NCBI GenBank assembly: GCA_043803405.1
Contig: JAZDKB010000018.1
Location: 229,935-293,934 of the forward strand
Source of the DNA: Spirochaetota bacterium
GTDB taxonomy: Bacteria > Spirochaetota > UBA4802 > JAFGDQ01
Reading direction: 5' to 3'
Length of the DNA stretch: 64,000 nt
In this document: positions 34,110 through 42,923 of the stretch, piece after piece
How the letters are laid out: each line of letters opens with the position of its first letter
Numbering within the stretch: the first letter of the stretch is position 1
Notes under the pieces: model-generated
Databases searched by the model: none
Seen by the model: the letters and a program-made list of their open reading frames with translations, nothing else
What the model was told of the DNA's origin: nothing
Program-made: the position numbers and the translations under genes

Positions 34110-34670
34110 ATGTCCTCAGGAATTGACACCAAAGAATACGGATATGTAAACAGACAGTCAATGCGTCTTAATGGCTATGATTATTCACGACCTGGAGTAT
34201 ATTTTGTTACAATAAGCGTTCAAGACAGAGAATGTTTGTTCGGTATAATTGAAAATAGAAAGGTTGTATTAAATAAATATGGAAAAATTGCATATAGTGA
34301 ATGGATAAAAACCGAACAAATACGCAATGAAATTAAACTTGATGAATTTGTAATTATGCCTAACCATATTCATGGAATAATAATTATTTATAATACAGAT
34401 ACAATACCCGTAGGGGCGAACGGCCGTTCGCCCCTACGCAATAATTCACGCATACAAATGAAACCAAAATCCATTTCATCGTTTATTGCAGGATATAAAT
34501 CATCTGTAACAAAACAGATAAATATTATGCGGAAAACACCTGGGAATCCGGTGTGGCAGCGAAATTATTATGATCACATAATACGCAGTGAAGGAGAACT
34601 AAACAGTATACGGCAATACATAATTGACAATCCTGTAAATTGGGGATCGGATGAAAATCATATTGAATGA
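34110..34670 (+). mobile_element. REP-associated tyrosine transposase (RAYT, Y1/HUH)
   Basis: RLNGYDYS..YFVT, MPNHIHGII (HUH), WQRNYYDHIIR, YIIDNP; associated REP palindromes. Confidence 0.9.
34410..34437. repeat. REP palindrome inside RAYT CDS
   Basis: GTAGGGGCGAACGGCCGTTCGCCCCTAC, perfect 28-bp palindrome. Confidence 0.9.
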
Positions 34671-34721
34671 TTTTTAATGTTTAAAATAAGATTGTATTGT
34701 GTGGATCAGCAGATGTGTCTC

Positions 34722-34749
34722 GTAGGGGCGAACGGCCGTTCGCCCCTAC
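34722..34749. repeat. REP palindrome downstream of RAYT
   Basis: Identical 28-mer. Confidence 0.9.
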
Positions 34750-34821
34750 AAACGTTGTTTTGCAATTATTACAATAAATTTATGATTGCAATATATCTTT
34801 GCCGGATCATTTCCTGTATTT

Positions 34822-35907
34822 ATGATAATGAATAATTATAATACCAAAAGTTTTTTCTTTCAGCTGACTCCTGATGTAGTTATACGGGCGATTGAAAAAG
34901 GCGGGCTTTCCCCAACCGGGCATTGCATGGTGTTGAACAGTTATGAAAACAGGGTCTATGACCTTAAGCTTAGTGACGGTTCTCATGTAATAAGCAAATT
35001 CTACAGGCCCGGCAGATGGACAAGGGAGCAAATACTGGAGGAGCACGCTTTTCTTCTTGAGCTGCAAAGCGATGAAATACCAGTATGCGCGCCAATGTGT
35101 TTTCCAGATGGAAAAACTTTGCACGAAATAGACGGCATATTTTATGCGCTTTGGCCGCGGACCGGCGGCAGAGTACCGGACGAGCCCTCTGATGAAGTGC
35201 TGAGGATGCTCGGAAGACTTCTTGCCAGAATTCACAACAACGGAGCGGCAAAGCAGGCTGTTGAAAGGGCCGAACTCACAGGGCAGCATTACGGGCTGGA
35301 ACCGCTGGAATACCTGGAACAGAATAACCTTCTCCCGGAGCATTGCAAAGCCAGGTATGCAAATGCAGTTAAGGAGATTGTGGAAATATATGAATCGCTT
35401 CGAAAGGACATTCCGTTTCACAGAATACACGGTGACTGTCATTACGGGAATCTTTTAAACGGAAGGGACGGATGGTTCTTTCTGGACTTTGACGATTTTC
35501 TGACAGGGCCTGCGGTACAGGATATCTGGATGCTTGTCCCTGCCCGTGACCAGGAAGGGCTCCGCCAGCGCAATATTTTTATTGAGGCATACCGCGTATT
35601 CAGGGATTTTGATTCATCCTGGATGCGTCTTATAGAGCCGTTGCGGGCACTGCGCTATATACGCTATGCAGGGTGGATAGCGAAACGATGGGATGATCCT
35701 GCATTTCCTGCCGCATTCCCGCATTTCGGAACAGATCAATACTGGGAACAGGAAACATCAGACCTTGAAGATCAGATTGAATTTATATACGAGAACAGCA
35801 ACAAGGATTTACCCAGCAATCTCCAGAGAGCTGAAGAGAGCAAGCAGAATGAAGATGAGCTAACTAATAAAGATTTCTTCTGGGATTGGGAAGAAAAAAA
35901 GCCATAA
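34822..35907 (+). CDS. srkA: Stress-response Ser/Thr kinase SrkA (RdoA/YihE)
   Basis: LNSYENRVY, KFYRPGRW, RIHGDCHYGN, DFDD, RWDDPAFPAAFP. Confidence 0.92.
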   Translation: MIMNNYNTKSFFFQLTPDVVIRAIEKGGLSPTGHCMVLNSYENRVYDLKLSDGSHVISKFYRPGRWTREQILEEHAFLLELQSDEIPVCAPMCFPDGKTLHEIDGIFYALWPRTGGRVPDEPSDEVLRMLGRLLARIHNNGAAKQAVERAELTGQHYGLEPLEYLEQNNLLPEHCKARYANAVKEIVEIYESLRKDIPFHRIHGDCHYGNLLNGRDGWFFLDFDDFLTGPAVQDIWMLVPARDQEGLRQRNIFIEAYRVFRDFDSSWMRLIEPLRALRYIRYAGWIAKRWDDPAFPAAFPHFGTDQYWEQETSDLEDQIEFIYENSNKDLPSNLQRAEESKQNEDELTNKDFFWDWEEKKP

Positions 35908-36000
35908 ATGTTTTTCATAAAGCGACAGCGTCAAATATGCACTCGCAGGGAAGTCGGACGCTTAGACGAGGAGATATTCTATATTTTTTATAATAAAATA

Positions 36001-36029
36001 TTGACACGTGTCACGTAACACAGTACATT
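36001..36029 (+). promoter_or_regulatory. sigma70 promoter of higBA with overlapping inverted repeat
   Basis: TTGACA-17-TACATT; GTGT-cacgta-ACAC in spacer; ATG 6 nt after the -10. Confidence 0.7.
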
Positions 36030-36035
36030 TAGTAC

Positions 36036-36314
36036 ATGATCAAATCTTTTAAGCATAAGGGCTTAAAAATCTTTTTTGAATCAGGGAATCCTTTAAAGAT
36101 AAATCCGCAACATCAAAAAAGAATTCGATTAATATTATCAATCCTGAATGCTGCAAAAGAACTAAAAGATATCAATTTTCCAGGTTCTGGATTTCACCAA
36201 TTAAAAGGTGACTTAAAAGGATTCTGGTCAGTAACTGTCAGCGGAAATTGGAGAATAATTTTTAGATTTAATGACAGTGAAGTATCTGATATTGATTATA
36301 AAGATTATCATTAA
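36036..36314 (+). CDS. higB: HigB (RelE-like) toxin
   Basis: MIKSFKHKGL, LKGDLKGFWSVTVSGNWRIIFRF, DYH. Confidence 0.93.
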   Translation: MIKSFKHKGLKIFFESGNPLKINPQHQKRIRLILSILNAAKELKDINFPGSGFHQLKGDLKGFWSVTVSGNWRIIFRFNDSEVSDIDYKDYH

Positions 36315-36325
36315 AGGAGAAAAAA

Positions 36326-36622
36326 ATGGAAATGTATAAACCAGCTCATCCAGGCGAAATATTACGAGAGATGTATTTAACTCCTTTAGATCTATCCGTT
36401 ACTGAAACAGCAAAAGCATTAGGCGTAACTCGGAAGACCTTTTCTGAATTAATCAATTACAATTCCAGTGTTAGTATTCCGATGGCTTTAAAACTGTCTA
36501 AAGCTTTTGATACGACTCCTGAGTATTGGCTAAACTTACAGCAAAATTATGATTTATGGGAAGCAAAGAAGAAAATTAAATTAAATTCTGTAAAAGTACT
36601 TCTTAAAAGCCAAATTGTATAA
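36326..36622 (+). CDS. higA: HigA antitoxin
   Basis: HPGEIL, TPEYWLNLQQNYDLW. Confidence 0.93.
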   Translation: MEMYKPAHPGEILREMYLTPLDLSVTETAKALGVTRKTFSELINYNSSVSIPMALKLSKAFDTTPEYWLNLQQNYDLWEAKKKIKLNSVKVLLKSQIV

Positions 36623-36795
36623 TTTTCTTTAAATGAAATACGCTGATGCGCACCGACAGCCAGCTTTTTGCTCGTATTTTTTCTGTTTCATAAAATTGAT
36701 ATAAAGTCCGAACCGGTAAGGTTTTGTACGTCAGTAAAAAATGTGCCGGCATTGATATAAAAATATATTTAAGTTATGAGAGGGCATAAACAATT

Positions 36796-37311
36796 ATGGA
36801 TCCTATTTTAATACATCAATCTGTAGCAATACTATGTGACGGAAATAATATTGAACGAAGTATTCATGATCTGTCGGCAACAAAAAACGCAATGATCAAT
36901 TTTGATAAACTGATCCCAAAATTACTGAATAACAGAGGATTAAAAAGACTGTTTTACTTCAGAGAAGGAGAGTCCATTTCTTCTAAATTCGCTGAGAGAT
37001 TACATGAAAACTATTATGGCACAGTCATTCCGTGTCATAAATCTGCGGATATTCCGCTTTCCATCAAAGCAACTCAACTCGCTTCAAAAGTTGACACCAT
37101 TATCATTATGTCAGGAGACTCGGATTTTGTGGATTTGGTTACATACCTTAAAGGAGAAGGTGTAAGGGTGGAAATTGCCGCTATCAAAAAAACAACTGCC
37201 AAGATATTAATTGAAGAAGCAGACTATTTTCATGAAATAACCGAAGAAGACTGGTTTGTGTATAAAGTTCCGGGCAAGAAAGACAAACGTGAAAGAAAGT
37301 TACACTATTGA
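36796..37311 (+). CDS. NYN (LabA/DUF88) PIN-fold protein
   Basis: DGNNI, KSADI, SGDSDF, GVRVE..ADYF. Confidence 0.88.
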   Translation: MDPILIHQSVAILCDGNNIERSIHDLSATKNAMINFDKLIPKLLNNRGLKRLFYFREGESISSKFAERLHENYYGTVIPCHKSADIPLSIKATQLASKVDTIIIMSGDSDFVDLVTYLKGEGVRVEIAAIKKTTAKILIEEADYFHEITEEDWFVYKVPGKKDKRERKLHY

Positions 37312-37437
37312 TGGTCATTGTTTAATGCCTTTATTTTCTGTGTTTATGTTAATAATCGTCCGCATAGCTGAATTTTTTAGTTGGGAAAAATAGTATTTAT
37401 TCTGATATAAATATTTTTTTTATATTAGGAGATAACT

Positions 37438-37617
37438 ATGACAAAACCGGATTTAACAACAATTTATAATGAAATAAAAAAATGGTCTGATGAAAAATTG
37501 TTTCAGGAAGTTGATAGAATTGCTGATTATGTTCCGGAAGTGCAGGAATTAATAAATCAGGAAATCAACAGAAGAAAAATTGCCTGTAAGCCTACAGATA
37601 AAAATCCGCAGCAATGA
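37438..37617 (+). CDS. Small hypothetical protein (59 aa)
   Basis: AGGAGA SD; MTKPDLTTIYNEIKKWSDEKLFQEV...EINRRKIACKPTDKNPQQ*; absent from ORF track. Confidence 0.6.
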   Translation: MTKPDLTTIYNEIKKWSDEKLFQEVDRIADYVPEVQELINQEINRRKIACKPTDKNPQQ

Positions 37618-37817
37618 TATTCCGGCGCCCGGACAAGTTCCGGAACCAATTCGTTATTCAAATAAAAATATGTTGCTATTCATTACCGCATTATATAATC
37701 TGCGATAATCGATAATTGAAAATACATTATAGCCGTAACCGGTTCAGAGTAGAAGCACAGGTATTCTTGTCTTTTCACAGTGGGAATGTCACTGATAATA
37801 ATAAAAGGAGAATTATT

Positions 37818-37931
37818 ATGGGAGATAAAGGCGGCAAGAAGGATAAGGACAAAGCCCAAAAACAAAATAAAATCAAACATGACACAAAGACAAAACAGAA
37901 ACAGGATAAGCAGCCGAAAAGAAAACCGTAA
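37818..37931 (+). CDS. Very small Lys-rich protein (37 aa)
   Basis: AAAGGAG SD; MGDKGGKKDKDKAQKQNKIKHDTKTKQKQDKQPKRKP*. Confidence 0.6.
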   Translation: MGDKGGKKDKDKAQKQNKIKHDTKTKQKQDKQPKRKP

Positions 37932-38020
37932 CTGAAAGCAGCTGTTAAACAGATAAAGCTGCGATTTCATGTAAAGTTTCTTATCTGATTATGGGATTAT
38001 ATAGCAGTGACAAAAGTCTA

Positions 38021-38045
38021 AAGGGGCGAACGGCCGTTCTCCCTA
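38021..38045. repeat. Degenerate REP copy
   Basis: AAGGGGCGAACGGCCGTTCTCCCTA. Confidence 0.75.
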
Positions 38046-38193
38046 AAGTGATACTTGCGTTCATTTCAAAAGACAATCATAAGCAACAGGACATTCGGGA
38101 ATAGACGCAGGTTCGAAACGCGTTCGTAGCATATTTAAGTTTTATAAATTGGTATCCTGATAAATGAATTTTTCATTTATCTTTTTAAAAAGA

Positions 38194-38898
38194 ATGAATT
38201 TAATCATACTGAATAAAGATGAAATATATGACGGAAAGGCTGAAATAACCGGCAGAAGGCTAAAGCATATTCTTACTTTTGTTAAACCCTCTATAGGGGA
38301 TAGTCTTAAAACAGGTCTTTTAAACGGACTTATGGGAGAGGGAGTCGTTACAGATATTAACGACCAAAAACTTGCCCTTACACTTACAATACAGAATCCT
38401 CCACCGGCGCCGCTTCCTCTTAAATTAATCCTTGCAATGCCAAGACCAAAAGTTTTAAACAGGGTGATTCAGCATGCGACAGCAATGGGAATTAAGGAAA
38501 TATACATTATAAAAACATGGAGAGTGGAAAAAAGTTACTGGGAGAGTCCGATGATCGGAGAGGAAAATATTTTAAGACAGATGATAATAGGGCTTGAACA
38601 GGGTAAAGATACTATTTTGCCGGCTATTCAAATCAGAAAGCGTTTTAAACCTTTCGTTGAAGATGAACTTCCTTCGATTGTTAAAGATACTCTTGCACTG
38701 GTTTCTCACCCTGCAGCTGAAAACCCGTGTCCGCGCGGAGCAGATTCTCCAGTCACACTCGCCATAGGTCCGGAAGGAGGTTTCATCCCTTATGAGGTTA
38801 ATGCCTTGCAGGCTATTGGATTTAAGCCCGTTTCTTTAGGAGATAGAATTTTAAGAGTGGAAACGGCTCTTCCGTTTCTTATCGGACGGCTGTTTTAG
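38194..38898 (+). CDS. rsmE: 16S rRNA m3U1498 methyltransferase RsmE
   Basis: LAMPRPK, AIGPEGGF, LGDRILRVETA. Confidence 0.9.
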   Translation: MNLIILNKDEIYDGKAEITGRRLKHILTFVKPSIGDSLKTGLLNGLMGEGVVTDINDQKLALTLTIQNPPPAPLPLKLILAMPRPKVLNRVIQHATAMGIKEIYIIKTWRVEKSYWESPMIGEENILRQMIIGLEQGKDTILPAIQIRKRFKPFVEDELPSIVKDTLALVSHPAAENPCPRGADSPVTLAIGPEGGFIPYEVNALQAIGFKPVSLGDRILRVETALPFLIGRLF

Positions 38899-39032
38899 AC
38901 TTAGAGCGCATCCCGGAACCTCTGAAAAGTAATAAACGATCTTCGGATATATCCAATAATATTAGATATTATTCCTAAACGTTAAATATGAATAATTACA
39001 TGGCATGAGGATGTTCCGAACTAAAATTTTTA

Positions 39033-39135
39033 CCACAGAGGCACAGAGACTTAAAGAATTATCTGTAATTTATTGTAAAATATTGAAATGTTATTAAAAA
39101 TAATTATTAAACTCTGTGCCTCCGTGTCTCTGTGG
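39033..39135. repeat. CACAGAG-type inverted repeat element
   Basis: CCACAGAGGCACAGAG ... CTCTGTGCCTCCGTGTCTCTGTGG around an AT-rich spacer. Confidence 0.7.
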
Positions 39136-39255
39136 CATTCTTATGAGTCAGCTACATACCTTAATAATCACGTTTTAAGGTTTACGAATAATAATTTTTA
39201 TAATATGACAATACACTGGTTGTTTTACTTCAAACAAAAATAGTGCGAGGACTAT

Positions 39256-39363
39256 ATGAAAGTGATTCTTGATTTGTGTATTATCCCTATAGGTGTTGGA
39301 GTATCTTTGTCACCTTACATAAACAGTTTAGCAGTTACTTTTCCCCGGGTGAATCGAGTATAA
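39256..39363 (+). pseudogene. N-terminal remnant of MTH1187/thiamine-binding family protein
   Basis: GAGG SD; MKVILDLCIIPIGVGVSLSPYI, then frame runs into the prfC 3' end. Confidence 0.65.
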
Positions 39364-40918
39364 TTATCGACGGATTATTTTCCGCGAATATACTGACAGA
39401 CCACGGGTTCTTAAAAAGCACTACCTGGCGGTCTTTGTCATCGGTTCCGAGAACAGCGCCGTATGGCAAAGCGTCCCTTAGCGCAGCCTTATCCATCGAT
39501 GTTTCTATCCATCTGAGAGCTGTCCAATGCGTCAGCTCCAGTCTCGACTCAGCATTGTATTCGTCCTTAAGCCTGTATTGCAATACTTCGAACTGCAGAT
39601 TGCCGACAGCACCCAGAAGAGGGACTGCCTGCTGGCGCCCGTCGATCTGAAATGTCTGGACTATATCTTCGGCTAACAGATGGTCAATTCCCTTGCGGAA
39701 CGATTTGTATGATGATGCGTCAACATTGTGCAGGTACGCGAAACATTCCGGCGCGAATCGCGGGATTTCATTATATACTATCTCAGGATCGGTTGTTATT
39801 GTATCGCCTGCCCTGAATATCGTATTTGTTACAAACCCGAGAATGTCGCCTGCGAATGCTTCATCTATTGTCTCCCTTTCCCTTCCGAATACATTATGCG
39901 AGTTCGATATGCGTATTTCCTTTCCGTACGGCATGTGAAAAACCTTTGTATCCCTGCGGAACCTGCCGGAGCAAATCCGCGCAAACACCATCCGGTCCCT
40001 GTGCGCAGGATTCATGTTTGTCTGCACTTTAAATATAAAGCCGGAGAACGCCTGGCTATCCAGCGGGATCTCTCCTTTTTTACTTATCCTTGGCAGCGGG
40101 CCGCTCGAATATTCGAGAAAGCCGTTAAGCAAAAGCTCTACGCCGAAATTGTTCGCAGCGCTTCCGAAGAACACAGGCGTTGTTTTTCCCCTGAGAATTT
40201 CTCCCCTGTCAAGGCCGCCATGGGCAATGTCGAGCATCTCTAGCTCTTCTATAATTTGATCGTACGACGCTTCGTTAATGATCTTTTTGACAACAGGGTC
40301 GGAGATGCCGTGCGTTGATACGGGCGCCCTGTAAGCGCCTCCCGGCACCCTTTCGAACAGATGAACCTGGTTGCTTAACCTGTCGAATATTCCCTTGAAA
40401 AACACTCCGTTCTCCAGCGGCCAGTTTGCCGGGTATGCATGTATGCCAAGCACTTTTTCAAGCTGGTCTATCAGCTCTAGCGGCGGAAGGGCGGACCTGT
40501 CGAGTTTATTCATAAATGTGAATATGGGTATTTCGCGTTTTTTGCATATCTCGAAGAGTTTCTGCGTCTGGCTTTCTATTCCTTTACCTGCGTCTATGAC
40601 CATTATTACGCCGTCAACAGCAGTGAGGACGCGGTAAGTATCCTCGGAGAAATCTTTATGGCCCGGAGTGTCCAGCAGATTGAGCCTGAAATCCCTGTAC
40701 TCAAACTGAAGCAAAGTAGATGAGATAGATATCCCTCTTTTTTTTTCTAGCTCCATCCAGTCGGATGAGGTCTCCCTCTGTTTTTTCTTTGCTGTTACAG
40801 AGCCCGCAAGTTCAAGCGCGCCCCCGTAAAGCAGAAGCTTTTCCGTGAGAGTTGTCTTTCCGGCGTCGGGATGCGATATAATAGCAAACGTGCGTCTGCG
40901 CGATATTTCTTTTTTCAT
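39335..40918 (-). CDS. prfC: Peptide chain release factor 3
   Basis: RRRTFAIISHPDAGKTT, DTPGHKDFSEDTYR, GAVGNLQFEV. Confidence 0.98.
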   Translation of the reverse strand: MKKEISRRRTFAIISHPDAGKTTLTEKLLLYGGALELAGSVTAKKKQRETSSDWMELEKKRGISISSTLLQFEYRDFRLNLLDTPGHKDFSEDTYRVLTAVDGVIMVIDAGKGIESQTQKLFEICKKREIPIFTFMNKLDRSALPPLELIDQLEKVLGIHAYPANWPLENGVFFKGIFDRLSNQVHLFERVPGGAYRAPVSTHGISDPVVKKIINEASYDQIIEELEMLDIAHGGLDRGEILRGKTTPVFFGSAANNFGVELLLNGFLEYSSGPLPRISKKGEIPLDSQAFSGFIFKVQTNMNPAHRDRMVFARICSGRFRRDTKVFHMPYGKEIRISNSHNVFGRERETIDEAFAGDILGFVTNTIFRAGDTITTDPEIVYNEIPRFAPECFAYLHNVDASSYKSFRKGIDHLLAEDIVQTFQIDGRQQAVPLLGAVGNLQFEVLQYRLKDEYNAESRLELTHWTALRWIETSMDKAALRDALPYGAVLGTDDKDRQVVLFKNPWSVSIFAENNPSIIILDSPGEK

Positions 40919-41273
40919 ATTTATAATACTTATTTTGATTTTACAATTAAGCCGATACGATTAAATTAGGGCGTATACGGGGATTCCGGTTCATTTGTTT
41001 ACAGAGGGGTATGTTTGTAAATAAAAAAATATTTTTAAAAGCAAGCTTATAAAACGTTTTTATTCCTGCTTATGTATCGGTGAGTTAAAGCAATTTATTA
41101 TGTTATCTGTTATTATTTATGAGTAACCTTAATATCAGATTATGATTTAATTTTTTTTTTGCCTCATCCCAGTCTGCCCGTGCTGAGCCGAAATCTGGTT
41201 ATCTCCTGCAGCTATCGAAATTATTATCAATCAATAATTAATAAGCAGGTTTTTAACTGCGGCAATTTTCCTG

Positions 41274-42923
41274 CTAACCGGAAATCTGCCTACTCTTTTT
41301 TGATCCGGCTATGAGTGATGGAGATTTTTTTTTGCTTTGTTTCCGGCTGACATTCAGTTTTTTTTCATTATCGAAAACGCATACGCGGTTTCGTCCGCTG
41401 TATTTTGCTTCGTGAAGAGCCTGGTCGCACCGATCAATCAGAGCTTCCAGAGTCGGGCAATCACTGCTTAATGTTGCCAGGCCAAGACTTACGGTTACAT
41501 GCAATATTTGATCATTTACGGTTATAGACAGATCCATAATTTTTTTTCGAAGACGTTCGGCTGCCTGTAAGGCATTTTCCTGGTCTATTTCAGGCATAAT
41601 GAAAACAAATTCCTCGCCCCCATAACGCCCGGATATGTCTTCTCCCCGCAGCTCCCGGCGGAAGCAGTCAGCTACCCCGATCAGGACCCTGTCGCCCGAA
41701 GCATGTCCGTAAGTATCGTTAATTCTTTTAAAATGATCAATGTCCAGCATGATAGCCGTTAAAGGGCGGTTGTACCTCTGCGCCCGGAAAAATTCCGATT
41801 CAGCCATGTTGAAGAAATGCCGGCGATTAAAAATCCCGGTTAAAAAATCCGTTATTGCGAGCGTTTTTAAATCCTGGAACATCCTTGCATTTGCGATTGC
41901 CAGGCCGCATACCCTGACAATCAGCACGGCCATATTAATATACTCCTGCCTGTATTCCGGGGAAACGATTGTATTTACTTCAATAATTCCCAAAGTCTGT
42001 TTATTATAATTAATCCTAAGATAAAAGCTGCGGTCTTTTTCAATCCAGATATTTTCCTCTCTTCCTTTATCTAGCCATGCCTGGCATACTGCGGCATCAG
42101 GCGGTGAATTGTGCCGGGAAAATGTGCCGTTGACCCTGCCGTTAATTACTGAAGCATAAACTATCTGTTCAGGCGCAAAAAGCATGTCGAATAGTTCCAT
42201 GATCTTATTTATAACTTCTACTTCGGTCGTCATGTGAGTCAGATCGGCCATAAGATCAAAAGCCATTGCCATATCTGCTTTTAATTTATTACTTTGTTCC
42301 CGGATTAATTGTGTCCTTGCCCGTATATTTTTAAGCCTGCATTCATTGATTAATCCGGTAAGTGTCAGCCGGAAAAAATCAAGTCCAACCGGTTCTATTA
42401 TAAATGGTATGTCGATATATGCTGCAAAGTCGGAAAGAGTTGCTGAACTATCGGGGTAAACGCCTGTATCAAAAAGCACTATGGAACTCGTGCTTTCTTT
42501 GAAGAATGACCTGGCTGTGGCCATGTCGAAACCCCATTCTGCAAGAATATACTGCCACTCTGCGAGCCATCCGGGTGTGAGCAGATATGCGCCCGATTTA
42601 ATATGACGATCTATAAGGTTTTGCCCGGCCAGCATATTAAAACATTGATTGAAATTTATTATTTTGGTGTTTGGAGGAATACCTGTAAGATGTTTCTGAA
42701 AATACAAATAGCAGGTTCCCATGATTGTGATTTTACTGCATCCTTCGCTCCCGGACTCAGATGTCAATTTTACAAGCTCCTGAGATGACTTTGGATTGAT
42801 ACAAAGCGGAGAATATGATTGCACAACAACATCTTTAAAATCATCCGATTGAATAACCGCATTTGTCTCACGCAGTAAATGACGGCAGACAAGCAGATGA
42901 ATCTTATCCGTATTATTTCCCAT
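41274..42923 (-). CDS. DUF1638-like Cys-rich domain + GAF-like region + GGDEF diguanylate cyclase
   Basis: YLLTPGW, LFDTG, N-terminal Cys13/41/62/71/94; DIDHFKRINDTYGHASGD, RGED (RxxD I-site), RYGGEEF. Confidence 0.85.
   Translation of the reverse strand: MGNNTDKIHLLVCRHLLRETNAVIQSDDFKDVVVQSYSPLCINPKSSQELVKLTSESGSEGCSKITIMGTCYLYFQKHLTGIPPNTKIINFNQCFNMLAGQNLIDRHIKSGAYLLTPGWLAEWQYILAEWGFDMATARSFFKESTSSIVLFDTGVYPDSSATLSDFAAYIDIPFIIEPVGLDFFRLTLTGLINECRLKNIRARTQLIREQSNKLKADMAMAFDLMADLTHMTTEVEVINKIMELFDMLFAPEQIVYASVINGRVNGTFSRHNSPPDAAVCQAWLDKGREENIWIEKDRSFYLRINYNKQTLGIIEVNTIVSPEYRQEYINMAVLIVRVCGLAIANARMFQDLKTLAITDFLTGIFNRRHFFNMAESEFFRAQRYNRPLTAIMLDIDHFKRINDTYGHASGDRVLIGVADCFRRELRGEDISGRYGGEEFVFIMPEIDQENALQAAERLRKKIMDLSITVNDQILHVTVSLGLATLSSDCPTLEALIDRCDQALHEAKYSGRNRVCVFDNEKKLNVSRKQSKKKSPSLIAGSKKSRQISG

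Noticed and set aside
35915..37380. Integron cassette array around higBA and NYN
   Set aside because: Intergenic segments lack clear RYYYAAC/GTTRRRY pairs and no intI is present; only a covariance search could revive this.
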